A DNA stretch of 64,000 nt from an uncultured Verrucomicrobiota bacterium (GCA_903953565.1 CAJBKE010000033.1:51210-115209), one strand, 5' to 3'; shown: positions 1 to 11,281, counted from the first letter of the stretch. Notes: generated by a model from the sequence alone, not told the origin. Made by a program: numbers and translations.

Positions 1-1
1 T

Positions 2-2791
2 GCGTTGGAGAAGGCGCTCAGCGAGCTTTTCAAAGCCGCCGACCGCGCCATGGCTGACGGCGCCAACATTCTCATCCTGTCCGACCGCGGCATCAGCGAA
101 GACAAAGCGGCCATCCCCGCGCTGCTGGCCATGTCCGGGCTGCACCATCACCTCGTGGCCAACGGCACCCGCACGCAAGTCGGCCTTGTCCTCGAGTCCG
201 GCGAACCGCGCGAAGTGCACCATTTCGCTCTGCTCACCGGTTACGGCGCAGGCGCGGTCAATCCGTATCTCGTCTTCGAATCGATCGAAGACATCATCCG
301 CCGCCAGAATCTCACCGGCATCGACGTCTCGAAAGCGATCAAGCAATACGTCAAAGCCGCAGTCAAAGGCATCGTCAAAACGATGTCCAAGATGGGTATC
401 TCCACCATCCAGAGCTATCGCGGCGCGCAAATTTTCGAAGCGGTCGGCCTGAACAGCGAGGTCGTCGACACCTATTTCAAATGGACCGCCTCGCGCATCG
501 AGGGCATCGATCTTGCCGGCATCGCCCGCGAAGCCGAAGAGCGCCACCGCCGAGCTTATCCCGGCCGCGACTACCGCGACGAAGTCCTCGATCCGGGCGG
601 CGTCTACAAATGGCGCCACGACGGCGAGCACCATGCCTTCAATCCGACGACCATCCACCTCCTGCAGCACGCCTGCCGCACGGGGAACATGGACGTCTTC
701 CGCAAATACACCGATTCGGTCAACGACCAGTCGAAGAAACTGGCCACCCTGCGCGGCCTCATCGATTTCGAATTCCCTGAAAACGGCGGCATCCCGATCG
801 AAGAGGTCGAGTCCGTCGAGTCGATCATGAAGCGCTTCAAAACCGGTGCCATGTCCTACGGTTCGATCAGCTCGGAAGCTCACGAGACGCTGGCCATCGC
901 CATGAACCGCATCGGCGGCAAGAGCAACACGGGCGAGGGGGGCGAGGATCCCGAACGCTACAGCGTGATGCCCAATGGCGACTCGAAAAACAGCGCGATC
1001 AAGCAAGTCGCGTCCGGACGTTTCGGCGTGACCAGCTATTACCTTTCGCAAGCCAAGGAGCTGCAGATCAAAATTGTGCAAGGCGCCAAGCCCGGAGAGG
1101 GCGGACAGCTCCCCGGCACCAAAGTCTATCCGTGGATAGCCAAAGTGCGTCACTCCACCCCGGGCGTCGGCCTTATTTCACCTCCGCCGCACCACGACAT
1201 CTACTCGATCGAGGACCTCGCCGAGCTGATCCACGACTTGAAAAACGCCAACCGCCACGCCCGCGTGTCGGTCAAATTGGTTAGCGAAGTCGGCGTCGGA
1301 ACCGTCGCGGCGGGTGTGGCCAAAGCGCATGCCGATGTCGTGCTCATCAGCGGTTACGACGGCGGCACGGGCGCATCGCCGCTTTCCTCGGTGCAACATG
1401 CCGGCATGCCGTGGGAACTCGGCCTGGCCGAAACGCACCAGACGCTCCTGCTCAACAATCTCCGCAGCCGCATCGTCGTTGAAGTGGACGGACAGCTCAA
1501 AACCGGCCGCGACGTGGTCATCGGCGCGCTCCTCGGCGCCGAGGAATTCGGCTTCGCCACCGCACCGCTCGTCGTCATGGGCTGCATCATGATGCGTGCC
1601 TGCCACCTCAACACCTGCCCGGTCGGCGTGGCCACGCAGGACCCCGAACTGCGCAAAAAATTCACCGGCGACGCCGACCACGTGGTCAACTTCATGCGCT
1701 TCATCGCCACCGAAGTGCGCGAACTCATGGCCAAGCTCGGTTTCCGCAATCTCGACGAAATGGTCGGCCGCGTCGACAAGCTCGTCATGCGCAAAGCCGT
1801 CGACCACTGGAAAGCCGAGGGCCTCGACTATTCGCGCATCCTCTACGCGCCCGACGTCGGTGACGAAGTCGGACGTTATTGCACGATGAAGCAGGATCAC
1901 GGCATCGAGAAGTCGCTCGACATGACGACGCTCCTCAAGATCTGTGAGCCGGCCATCAAGAAAGGGAAAAAAGTCCACTCGCGCATCCCGATCCGCAACG
2001 TCAATCGCGTGGTCGGCACCATCGTCGGCTACGAAATTTCCAAGGTGCACGGGCTCGAGGGATTGCCGGAAGACACCATCACGCTGGATTTTGTCGGTTC
2101 GGCCGGACAGAGCTTCGGCGCCTTCGCGCCGCGCGGACTCACCCTCCGCCTCGAGGGCGATGCCAACGACTACGTCGGCAAGGGCTTGAGTGGCGGAAAA
2201 ATCATCATCCAGCCGCCGCCCGAAGCGGATTTCAAGGCCGAGGAAAACATGATCATCGGCAACGTCGCGCTCTACGGCGCCACCGGCGGGGAAGTCTACA
2301 TCCGCGGCATGGCCGGCGAGCGCTTCTGCGTGCGCAACAGCGGCGTGACAACCGTCGTCGAGGCGGTCGGTGACCACGGTTGCGAATACATGACCGGCGG
2401 ACGTGTCGTCGTGCTTGGCCCGACCGGCCGCAACTTCGCCGCGGGAATGTCCGGCGGAATCGCCTACATCTTCGATAACGCCGGCACCTTCCATAAGAAT
2501 TGCAACATGGACATGGTCGACCTCGAGCGTCTGACCGACGCCGCCGAGATTGCCGAATTGAAGTCCATGATCGAGCGGCACGCCGAAGCCACCGGCAGCG
2601 TCCGCGCGCAGGAAGTTCTCGCCGCGTGGGACGAGTCCCTGCCGAAATTCATCAAGGTCCTGCCGAAGGACTACAAACGCGTCCTCATGGCCATGGACCG
2701 CGTCATCGCCTCCGGTCTGAGCGGAGACGAAGCGGTCATGGCCGCTTTCGAGGAAAACGCACGTGACCTCGCACGGGCGGGGGGGAACTGA
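2..2791 (+). CDS. gltB: Glutamate synthase large subunit, C-terminal ~930 aa (5' end cut by window edge)
   Basis: ORF open to the window edge. FMN/Fe-S domain motifs [25 protein letters not shown] and [16 protein letters not shown]-terminal GXGXG domain ([14 protein letters not shown]). gltD follows 3 nt later. Confidence 0.95.
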   Translation, partial: ALEKALSELFKAADRAMADGANILILSDRGISEDKAAIPALLAMSGLHHHLVANGTRTQVGLVLESGEPREVHHFALLTGYGAGAVNPYLVFESIEDIIRRQNLTGIDVSKAIKQYVKAAVKGIVKTMSKMGISTIQSYRGAQIFEAVGLNSEVVDTYFKWTASRIEGIDLAGIAREAEERHRRAYPGRDYRDEVLDPGGVYKWRHDGEHHAFNPTTIHLLQHACRTGNMDVFRKYTDSVNDQSKKLATLRGLIDFEFPENGGIPIEEVESVESIMKRFKTGAMSYGSISSEAHETLAIAMNRIGGKSNTGEGGEDPERYSVMPNGDSKNSAIKQVASGRFGVTSYYLSQAKELQIKIVQGAKPGEGGQLPGTKVYPWIAKVRHSTPGVGLISPPPHHDIYSIEDLAELIHDLKNANRHARVSVKLVSEVGVGTVAAGVAKAHADVVLISGYDGGTGASPLSSVQHAGMPWELGLAETHQTLLLNNLRSRIVVEVDGQLKTGRDVVIGALLGAEEFGFATAPLVVMGCIMMRACHLNTCPVGVATQDPELRKKFTGDADHVVNFMRFIATEVRELMAKLGFRNLDEMVGRVDKLVMRKAVDHWKAEGLDYSRILYAPDVGDEVGRYCTMKQDHGIEKSLDMTTLLKICEPAIKKGKKVHSRIPIRNVNRVVGTIVGYEISKVHGLEGLPEDTITLDFVGSAGQSFGAFAPRGLTLRLEGDANDYVGKGLSGGKIIIQPPPEADFKAEENMIIGNVALYGATGGEVYIRGMAGERFCVRNSGVTTVVEAVGDHGCEYMTGGRVVVLGPTGRNFAAGMSGGIAYIFDNAGTFHKNCNMDMVDLERLTDAAEIAELKSMIERHAEATGSVRAQEVLAAWDESLPKFIKVLPKDYKRVLMAMDRVIASGLSGDEAVMAAFEENARDLARAGGN

Positions 2792-2794
2792 TTT

Positions 2795-4279
<1,485 letters not shown>

Positions 4280-4530
4280 TATAGTTTCTCGATTCTCAAT
4301 CTTGTAAGAAATTGGATATCAATATCTTGCATGACATGAGCGTCCGGAGTGCCGCAACCAGTCTTGCGGCTTCGTATTGATAATTAATTGCTTGTGGGTC
4401 CAGCTATGCTGCCTACACTTGTTCGCAGCAATTTCCCCATGAAACGCGACGTCATATCCTCTCTCTTTTTCGCGATGGTGCTCGGGTGCTCCGTCAGTCG
4501 CGCGGAGTTGATACTGATACATTCACTCTC

Positions 4531-5295
4531 ATGAATAAAAACCTCTGGGCCCTTCTCCTGCTCGTCGCTGCGATGTCATCAGCGAGTTTCTCCCAAGTCA
4601 TCGTCAGCAATTCGCTGGTCACATACACCTACGAACAAAGCGCGGGCAATGTTTTCGTTCCCAGCGCGCCGCTGACCTCGGCTACAGGGCCGGATTCCAC
4701 CCTTTCATTCTTCCCGGGAGGCTTCTCTGCCGTGAATTCCGGAAGCGCTTGGAACATCGACACGCTCAACTCGGTTCTGACTGTCACGATGGATGCCAAC
4801 CCCGGCTACTGGTTCACCAACAACGCGCTTCGTTTGAGCGCACAGGTGAACTATTCGCTGGTTGCGCCCACCGCCACCTCAACCGCCGGTGTTTCCGTCA
4901 GTGCGCCGTTCACCCTCTACATCACCGAGGTCGACGGATCCCCGTTCGGCAGCCCGGGCCTTCAACTCACCAACGCGCTCGGCTTCACACCTTCCTTTGT
5001 GGAGACCACGGGCCCCGCCAGCTTCCCGACAGGATCACTCTCCGGAAACGTCACACTCACACTCAACACCATCAAAACACATTTCGGCCTCGGTTCGTCC
5101 AACCGGATCACCGGCATGCGCCTGCAGTTTTCTCCGGTTGTTTCTGCTTGGAGCGAGCGCGGAAGCGCTTCCGCATCACTGGTCAATGTGGACGTCGGCA
5201 ACCAAGTTGTCCCGGAGCCTTCGACCTACGCGCTGCTGGTGCTTGCTGCTTCCGGGCTCGGTGTCTACGCCCTGCGTCGCAGAGGTCGTCAGTAG
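4531..5295 (+). CDS. PEP-CTERM sorting-domain protein (secreted, exosortase substrate)
   Basis: Signal peptide MNKNLWALLLLVAAMSSASFSQ; ATG 4531 is preferred over the upstream alternative start at 4486. C-terminus VPEPSTYALLVLAASGLGVYALRRRGRQ gives the PEP motif, a TM helix and an Arg-rich tail. Confidence 0.85.
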   Translation: MNKNLWALLLLVAAMSSASFSQVIVSNSLVTYTYEQSAGNVFVPSAPLTSATGPDSTLSFFPGGFSAVNSGSAWNIDTLNSVLTVTMDANPGYWFTNNALRLSAQVNYSLVAPTATSTAGVSVSAPFTLYITEVDGSPFGSPGLQLTNALGFTPSFVETTGPASFPTGSLSGNVTLTLNTIKTHFGLGSSNRITGMRLQFSPVVSAWSERGSASASLVNVDVGNQVVPEPSTYALLVLAASGLGVYALRRRGRQ

Positions 5296-5374
5296 GCGCT
5301 TTGTGTTGTTCCTCTCCTTCCGTTTTGCCAGTTAGCCCTTGTCACCCCCGGGGTGCGCACGTCATCATTCCCCC

Positions 5375-5644
5375 ATGCGTTGTTGGGCTATTCTTCTGGT
5401 CTTCCTGGCGGCAGCTTGGCCGGCCTTGGCCCAGGAAGTTGCCGTTGTTTCCGCCGAAACTGGCCCACTCAAGATTTCGGCCCGCGAAAAATGGGGACTG
5501 ACCATGGAGCAATACGCTCTCGTCGATCCGTCCCGTCGCCCGAGTGGCGATACCTTCAAATACTGGAAGGCGCGCAAGCGCGGGCCTTATGGCAATCTGC
5601 TGGAGCGAGTGCCGGGCGGACCGCGTCGCCCCGTGAAGATCTAA
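5375..5644 (+). CDS. Hypothetical small secreted protein
   Basis: ORF 5339..5644. An internal ATG gives the signal peptide MRCWAILLVFLAAAWPALAQE. No recognisable domain. Confidence 0.45.
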   Translation: MRCWAILLVFLAAAWPALAQEVAVVSAETGPLKISAREKWGLTMEQYALVDPSRRPSGDTFKYWKARKRGPYGNLLERVPGGPRRPVKI

Positions 5645-5737
5645 CCTCCATGCGCGGTCACTTGCTCCGTCTCGTCTTGATTCTTGCCGCGCTCGTGCTC
5701 GCGGGGTGTGCGCATATCCAATTTTAGCCGCTCCGTG

Positions 5738-6292
5738 ATGAAATCCGCTTTACGGATGCTCGGGCTGCTCGCGCTGTCCCTACTCGCCGCTTGCCAGCGG
5801 CCGCCAGTGGAAACGCCCGCGCCTCCGCCTTCGCCTGCCGCGATGACCAAGGAATTTTTCTCCTCCTACCGGGGGGATTTCCGCCAAGCCGATAGACGGC
5901 TGCTTTCCGGCGCGCTCGCCTCGGCTCTGCAATCGGCATCGGAGGGGGAAAAAGAGTCTGCGGCGCGGGTCAAAGCGAGCGAGTTTCCCAACGACAAACC
6001 GCTGATCCTCGAGGGCGAAATTTTTGCCGGACTCTACGAAGGTTTTACCGGCTACGAGGTTGCCAGAGAGAACATTTCCGAAGGTCAGGCCGTGGTCCAA
6101 GTCCGCTTCCGCAACGACAACTACAATGTCTCGTGGATGGATGACGTCGTGCTGGTCGACGAGGATGGCTGGAAAATCGACGATGTCCGCTACACGCAGA
6201 AATTGACCGGCCTGCTCGGCCTCCGCGATGTTCTTCTGGAGTTTGAAGGATCGCTCGCCTCCGAAGCAGCGAGCATGGCCAAATCGCAGTGA
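5738..6292 (+). CDS. Hypothetical lipoprotein (DUF3828-like)
   Basis: ATG 5738 gives MKSALRMLGLLALSLLAAC with a lipobox. The C-terminal part (VVQVRF..WMDDVVLVDEDGWKIDDVRY) resembles DUF3828 proteins; I recognised this by eye only. Confidence 0.6.
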   Translation: MKSALRMLGLLALSLLAACQRPPVETPAPPPSPAAMTKEFFSSYRGDFRQADRRLLSGALASALQSASEGEKESAARVKASEFPNDKPLILEGEIFAGLYEGFTGYEVARENISEGQAVVQVRFRNDNYNVSWMDDVVLVDEDGWKIDDVRYTQKLTGLLGLRDVLLEFEGSLASEAASMAKSQ

Positions 6293-6753
6293 AACCTCTC
6301 CAACACATTGCCTGCCTCGCGGCCCTCGCTTCGGCCGCATGTTCCTCCGAGCGATCGGCCTCGCTTTCCTTGGCCCCGCTGCCCTTCGCCATGGAAATAC
6401 CCGCGGGTGTTGCCCAGCGATTGAGCACCGGTCCGATCGAAGGGCCCTTCGCCAACCAAGTGCGTGAGGCCGGTGCTTTGGCTTCGACCGCAGTCTACTA
6501 CGCACCGCAGGAGCAGGGGAACAAAGTCATCTTCATGACCGCCTATTGGTTCCCCGCGGAGAAGTTCGACGTCCTGCAATCGCCCGACCAGCCGCCACTT
6601 TTCGGCGCCGAAGTGTTGCGTCAAGACGGCAAGGTGCTCAGCGTCGCCGGTCCGCTCGATGCCATCTTCGCGCCCGATACGCCCGATGGACAAAATCTCA
6701 CCGCGCTCTACGGGGTGATTTTCCTGCCCGCGACCTACCGCTCGAGCGAGTAG
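6289..6753 (+). CDS. Hypothetical lipoprotein
   Basis: The GTG start overlaps the previous stop (GTGA). MKPLQHIACLAALASAACSS carries a lipobox. Confidence 0.55.
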   Translation: MKPLQHIACLAALASAACSSERSASLSLAPLPFAMEIPAGVAQRLSTGPIEGPFANQVREAGALASTAVYYAPQEQGNKVIFMTAYWFPAEKFDVLQSPDQPPLFGAEVLRQDGKVLSVAGPLDAIFAPDTPDGQNLTALYGVIFLPATYRSSE

Positions 6754-6763
6754 CCGTCGTAAA

Positions 6764-6790
6764 GGTAGGGCGGGGCCTCCGGACCCGCCG
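6764..6790. repeat. Single arm of GC-rich repeat family GGTAGGGCGGGGCCTCCGGACCCGCCG
   Basis: Identical 27-mer to 23979-24005. Lies between convergent genes, just after the stop at 6753. Confidence 0.8.
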
Positions 6791-6804
6791 AGCGCCCGCG
6801 TCCG

Positions 6805-7518
6805 TCACTGCCGCGCCTCCACCCACTCCACAACGCGGTCGATCACATCGTCCGAGAGCAACGCGTGCCCGATGCCGGGCAAGGTGATCACGTCCGCTTC
6901 CGGTAAAGCCTCGCGCAGCTTACGCCGCGCCTCCGGTTCCACGATGCGGTCCGCTTCCGCCTCGACGATGAGCACCCGCGCGCCGCGTGGGAAACCGGAC
7001 GGCAATCCATCGCAACGTGCCAGCAAATCAAGATCCTCCCGCAGGCGCGCCCGGTTGTCTTCGCTGAGAGACCCATCCAAAGGCCCGGGCGGAAGAAGGT
7101 CGGGCGATTGAGGTTCCGCAACCCTCCCAGTGAAAACTTCGAGCATGGCCCGCGCGCGGGTTTCATCCTCCAAGCACGCCGCCATTCCAGCCAAGGCCGC
7201 GCGGGTGCGGCGACCTTCACGCCCCGGGGGAAGAAAAGTCGCGAAGCTCGCCAGCAAAACCACAGTATCGGCTTTTCGGAGAACGTCCGCAGGCACCATA
7301 TGCGGGCCGAGCGACCGTCCGATGACCAAGCGCCCCGTCCCGGATGCATGTTCGGACCACTCGGGAACGTGCGGCAAAAATCGGCCATAACCCCGCTCTC
7401 CGGTCTGCCAGCGCCAGCCGAGAGAGGCTGTCGCCCCCTGCCACGGCTCCCACGAGCGCGCATCACGTCCCCAGCCGTGCATGGCGATCACTTGCAGTGG
7501 TGTTTTGTTTTCGGCCAT
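6805..7518 (-). CDS. Alpha/beta-fold hydrolase (BioH/esterase-like)
   Basis: MAENKTPLQVIAMHGWG (oxyanion HGWG), nucleophile elbow GRSLG, C-terminal GIGHALL histidine. ATG at 7518 preferred over TTG at 7560. Confidence 0.7.
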   Translation of the reverse strand: MAENKTPLQVIAMHGWGRDARSWEPWQGATASLGWRWQTGERGYGRFLPHVPEWSEHASGTGRLVIGRSLGPHMVPADVLRKADTVVLLASFATFLPPGREGRRTRAALAGMAACLEDETRARAMLEVFTGRVAEPQSPDLLPPGPLDGSLSEDNRARLREDLDLLARCDGLPSGFPRGARVLIVEAEADRIVEPEARRKLREALPEADVITLPGIGHALLSDDVIDRVVEWVEARQ

Positions 7519-7582
7519 CCCAGAAATGAATCTAACACAGGAGTGATATGAGATCTCCAAAGGTTTCAGACTTTGAGGGCTG

Positions 7583-7648
7583 GGTGGATCGCGATGTCCT
7601 ATCGCGATTTTCCGACTAAATCATCGCGCCGGGACGGCGCGATCCACC
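7583..7648. repeat. 66-bp double-hairpin palindromic element (GGTGGATCGCG...CGCGATCCACC)
   Basis: Two internal hairpins (ATCGCGAT-GTCCT-ATCGCGAT and ATCGCGCC-GGGA-CGGCGCGAT) inside 11-nt terminal inverted repeats. An inverted near-copy lies at 20992-21059. Confidence 0.85.
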
Positions 7649-7753
7649 TTAGCAGGCGTCGAAAACCTTTTAATGTTTGATATGCACGGGGGGATCCAAG
7701 CTAAACGAGCCTTTGTTGACTTCGTTGGCTTCTCTTCACACTCTTTCCGCGTC

Positions 7754-7838
7754 GCCGGCGTGGTGGAATGGCAGACACATCGGACTTAAAATCCGAAGGG
7801 GTGAAAACCCCGTGTGGGTTCGAGTCCCGCCGCCGGCA
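7754..7838 (+). tRNA. tRNA-Leu (anticodon TAA)
   Basis: Acceptor stem GCCGGCG/CGCCGGC, anticodon stem TCGGA/TCCGA with loop CTTAAAA, long variable arm GGGG..CCCC, T-arm GTGGG-TTCGAGT-CCCGC, discriminator A. No encoded CCA. Confidence 0.9.
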
Positions 7839-7853
7839 GGTCTTCCGGAAAAG

Positions 7854-7887
7854 AAAAAAACCCGCGAGGTCTTCGCGGGTTTTTTTT
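7854..7887. terminator. Bidirectional intrinsic terminator
   Basis: A7-CCCGCGA-GGTCT-TCGCGGG-T8. Lies between tRNA-Leu (+) and the glutaredoxin-like gene (-). Confidence 0.75.
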
Positions 7888-7904
7888 GAGATTGATTCAG
7901 CTGA

Positions 7905-8216
7905 TCAGGCGACGTGCTGCTTTTTGTTCTGGCAGGACGAGTTGATCGGGACTTCGACCGGGGCGTCGCTGCGCGAGATGCGGTCGTTGGCCACCAGCCA
8001 GTTCTCCAACTCTTCGCCGCTGATGTCGGGGAGCATGTGGCCGTCGACCACCAGACAAGGGGACAGCTTTTGCCCGCTGCGCTGTTCCATCTCGGCGCGG
8101 AACTCGGGGTTTTTCAGGATGTCCTTCTCTTCGTAGGGAAGGTCGTATTTGGCCAGGATGGCGCGGACGCCATTGCTCCAGCCGCAGGACGTCTTGAGAT
8201 AAGCGGTGATTTCCAT
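7905..8216 (-). CDS. Glutaredoxin-family (thioredoxin-fold) protein
   Basis: 103 aa. N-terminal beta-alpha with a CGWS (CxxS) motif, then LSPCLVVDGHML, typical of Grx-like proteins. Confidence 0.7.
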   Translation of the reverse strand: MEITAYLKTSCGWSNGVRAILAKYDLPYEEKDILKNPEFRAEMEQRSGQKLSPCLVVDGHMLPDISGEELENWLVANDRISRSDAPVEVPINSSCQNKKQHVA

Positions 8217-8230
8217 GATTCGAGAAAGTT

Positions 8231-8265
8231 GCGCGGGCGACGTTGGTTGTCAACGCCGCCCGCGC
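8231..8265. other. GC-rich stem-loop between rpsA and the downstream gene
   Basis: GCGCGGGCGACGTTG-GTTGT-CAACGCCGCCCGCGC, 14/15 paired, no T tract. Possible processing or termination signal on the minus-strand transcript. Confidence 0.4.
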
Positions 8266-8273
8266 GGTGAGGG

Positions 8274-9962
8274 TTATTTCTTTTTGCCTTCGCCCGGACG
8301 GTATTCCTCGAGCGCGGCGGCGTCGAAGGCCTTGGCCAGTCCGACCATTTCCTCGCCGGAGCGCATCGTGCTCTCCATGGCTTCGGACTCCTTACGGAGG
8401 GCTTCTTCGCTGTAGTTGGCGGCTTTGATGGAAAGGCCGATACGGCGTTCGACTTTGTCGACCTTGATGACGCGGGCTTCCACGTCGTCGCCGACCTTGA
8501 TGACGTCTTTGACTTTGGCCACGTGTTCCTCGCTGAGTTGCGAGATGTGGACGAGGCCGTCGATGTCGTGCTCGAGCGAGACGAACGCGCCGAAGTTGGC
8601 CAGTTTGGTGACCTTGCCTTTGACCAGATCGCCGATCTTGTAGAGGCGGTCGATTTCTTTCCACGGATCCTCGTCGAGCTGTTTGATGCCGAGAGCAATG
8701 CGCTGGTTGGCTTTGTCGATATCGATGACCACGGCGTCGATGTCGTCGTTCTTTTTGAGGACTTCGCTCGGGTGGTTGATCTTGCGGGTCCAGCTGAGGT
8801 CGGACACGTGGACCATGCCGTCGATGCCTTCCTCGAGTTCGACGAAAGCGCCGTAGGCCGTCATGTTGCGGACCTTGCCCTTGACCTGCTTGCCGATGAT
8901 GTAGCGCTGCTCGATCTCATCCCACGGATTGGGTTCGAGTTGGCGGACGCCGAGGGAGATTTTCTGCTCCTCTTTGTTCACGCCGAGCACGACGGCCTCG
9001 ACTTCCTGGCCGGCGGCGAGGACGTCGGACGGGCGCGTGATGCGCTTGGTCCAGGAGAGTTCGGAAACGTGGATGAGGCCTTCGACGCCGGCTTCGATCT
9101 CCACGAAAGCGCCGTAAGGAACGAGGTTGGTGATCTTGCCTTTGACCTTGGTTCCGGTCGGGAAGCGTTCCTCGATCTTGTCCCAAGGATTGTCCGTCGT
9201 CTGCTTGAGACCGAGGGAGACGCGCTCTTTGTCTTTGTTGATCTCAAGGACTTGGAGTTGGATTTCCTGGCCAACCTTGAGCAATTCGCTCGGGTGCGTG
9301 AGGCGACCCCAGGTCATGTCGGTGATGTGGAGCAATCCGTCCATGCCTCCGAGGTCGATGAACGCGCCGAAATCGGTGAGGTTTTTCACCGTGCCGGTGA
9401 CCGTCGAGCCAACGTTGGTGTTGGACATGAACTCCTGGCGCTTCTCGCTGCGTTCCTGCTCGATGAGTTCGCGGCGGCTGAGGACGACGTTGCGGCGGTC
9501 GTCGTTGAGTTTGACGATTTTGAAATCGTAGGTGTTGCCGACGAATTGATTGAGGTCCTTCGGCGGGATGATGTCGATCTGCGAGGAGGGCAGGAAGGCT
9601 TCCACTCCGATGTTGACCAGCAGGCCGCCTTTGACCACGGCCTTGACGCGGCCTTTGATGATGCCTTCGTTTTCGAAAACCTTGCTGATTTTGTCCCAGT
9701 TCTGGCGGTAGGCGGCCTTTTCTTTGGAAAGGATGACCATACCTTCGTCGTTCTCGAGACGGACGAGCAGGACTTCGATTTCGTCGCCGACGGCGACTTC
9801 GGACGGATCGTCGAATTCCGTGGCGGGGATGGTGCCTTCGGACTTGTAGTTGATGTCGACGAGAAATTCGCGGGGGCGGACTTCCAGAATGCGGCCTTTG
9901 ACAATGCTGCCTTCTTTGAATTGTTTGGTCGCGTTGGCGATCAGTTCTTGGACTTGCGTCAT
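8274..9962 (-). CDS. rpsA: 30S ribosomal protein S1
   Basis: 562 aa with six repeated S1 domains (recurring G..V.G.V..L..FGAFV.L..G..GL.H.S.L pattern). Confidence 0.95.
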   Translation of the reverse strand: MTQVQELIANATKQFKEGSIVKGRILEVRPREFLVDINYKSEGTIPATEFDDPSEVAVGDEIEVLLVRLENDEGMVILSKEKAAYRQNWDKISKVFENEGIIKGRVKAVVKGGLLVNIGVEAFLPSSQIDIIPPKDLNQFVGNTYDFKIVKLNDDRRNVVLSRRELIEQERSEKRQEFMSNTNVGSTVTGTVKNLTDFGAFIDLGGMDGLLHITDMTWGRLTHPSELLKVGQEIQLQVLEINKDKERVSLGLKQTTDNPWDKIEERFPTGTKVKGKITNLVPYGAFVEIEAGVEGLIHVSELSWTKRITRPSDVLAAGQEVEAVVLGVNKEEQKISLGVRQLEPNPWDEIEQRYIIGKQVKGKVRNMTAYGAFVELEEGIDGMVHVSDLSWTRKINHPSEVLKKNDDIDAVVIDIDKANQRIALGIKQLDEDPWKEIDRLYKIGDLVKGKVTKLANFGAFVSLEHDIDGLVHISQLSEEHVAKVKDVIKVGDDVEARVIKVDKVERRIGLSIKAANYSEEALRKESEAMESTMRSGEEMVGLAKAFDAAALEEYRPGEGKKK

Positions 9963-10163
9963 AATATTAAGGCCTGCGCAAACGGCGCAGGAGCTTGTTT
10001 TTTGGATACCTCGGTTCCGGTTTCGGTTTCCGCTGCGGGGTCGGCGGTCCCTGTCGGGGCCGATCGGAGCGGTCGAACATCATGGCAGGAGGTGCGATCT
10101 GGGGCAAGGGAGAAAAGCCGGGAGGCGTGATTACACGGATTGCACCTATCGGAGGACGGCGGC

Positions 10164-10244
10164 GGTAGGGCGCGGCGTCCTCGACGCGCCGGAGGTTATT
10201 TTGGGTCAGTGTGTCCGCGGCGGGTCCGGAGGCCCCGCCCTACC
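10164..10244. repeat. Inverted pair of GC-rich repeat arms (same family as 23979-24052)
   Basis: Left arm GGTAGGGCGCGGCGTCCTCGACGCGCCGG (variant word). Right arm CCGCGGCGGGTCCGGAGGCCCCGCCCTACC, which is the reverse complement of the GGTAGGGCGGGGCCTCCGGACCCGCC word. Confidence 0.75.
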
Positions 10245-10300
10245 CGGGCTGGAGGGAAAGAGGGGGTGCGATCTTCGCTGTGCGGGTTTAGGCTGCAGCG

Positions 10301-11281
10301 ATGCAAACGATTCGGGCTGTCCGCTATCACTCCACCGGAGATCCGGCGCGAGTGGTGCAGGTTTACGAGGTTGCGGTCGGGGAACCCGCAGCGGGCGAGG
10401 TGCGGGTGCGGATGCTTTGGGCGCCTATCAATCCGGCGGACCTCAACATGCTCGAGGGCAAATACGGCGAGTCGCGACCGCTGCCCGATGTCCCCGGCAA
10501 CGAGGGGTGCGGTCGCGTGGTGTCGGTGGGTGGCGGGGTCGATGAGTCTTGGATCGGTCGTCTTGTCCTTGTCGATCGAATGGCATGGCGCGAGGAGGGG
10601 AATTGGCCGGTCGAAAGTCTCATCGCGGTTCCCGCGGGAATCGATGCGCGTCGGGCCTGCGTGCTGCGGGTGAATCCGCCAACCGCATGGTGCCTGCTTC
10701 ATGCCTTCGCTGACCTGAAGCCCGGTGACTGGATTGCCCAGAATGCCGCCACATCCGCCGTCGGTCGCGCTGTCATCGAGATTGCCCGTGCCAAAGGCTG
10801 GAAGACGCTCAACCTGGTGCGGCGTCGGGACGCGGCTGACGAATTGCGCGCCCTTGGTGCCGATGCCGTGGTGGTCGACCGACCGGAAGCCGCAGACGAG
10901 GCTGTCGCGATTCTCGGCGGGACCAAGCCGCGGCTTGGTCTCAATGCCGTGGGGGGCGTTCCGGCCACGCGGCTGGCCGGGTTGTTGGCAGAGCGGGGGA
11001 CGCTCGCCACCTATGGCGCGATGAGCAAGGAAGCGCTCAAAATTCCCAACGGATTCCTCATTTTTCGCGATCTGGATTTCCGCGGCTTTTGGCTCACGCG
11101 CTGGCTGCGCACGGCCTCGCCGTCCGAACGGGACGCAGTCTTCGACGGGGTATTCCATTTGGCCAGCCGGGGATGCTTCGCGCCTCGCGTTGCGGCGGAG
11201 TTCCCGCTGTCGGAAGTTGCCTCGGCCGTGGCGCGTTCGGGGGAGGGCAGGGGAAAGGTGTTGTTGCAGTTGACGATGTAG
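10301..11281 (+). CDS. Zinc-free MDR-family NADPH oxidoreductase (enoyl/quinone reductase-like)
   Basis: 326 aa. VRMLWAPINPADLNMLEGKYG and PGNEGCGRVV are typical of the 2-enoyl thioester reductase / quinone oxidoreductase subgroup. Confidence 0.8.
   Translation: MQTIRAVRYHSTGDPARVVQVYEVAVGEPAAGEVRVRMLWAPINPADLNMLEGKYGESRPLPDVPGNEGCGRVVSVGGGVDESWIGRLVLVDRMAWREEGNWPVESLIAVPAGIDARRACVLRVNPPTAWCLLHAFADLKPGDWIAQNAATSAVGRAVIEIARAKGWKTLNLVRRRDAADELRALGADAVVVDRPEAADEAVAILGGTKPRLGLNAVGGVPATRLAGLLAERGTLATYGAMSKEALKIPNGFLIFRDLDFRGFWLTRWLRTASPSERDAVFDGVFHLASRGCFAPRVAAEFPLSEVASAVARSGEGRGKVLLQLTM

Noticed and set aside
9963-10100. Hairpin CCTGCGC-AAACG-GCGCAGG next to the rpsA start as an S1 autoregulatory operator
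   Set aside because: It is a single short hairpin. I cannot show conservation or pseudoknot features from the sequence alone, so this is too speculative to report as a feature.
8523-10130. 535-aa plus-strand ORF antisense to rpsA
   Set aside because: Shadow ORF of the S1 gene with a repetitive D/E/F/A-rich translation. rpsA on the minus strand is unambiguous.
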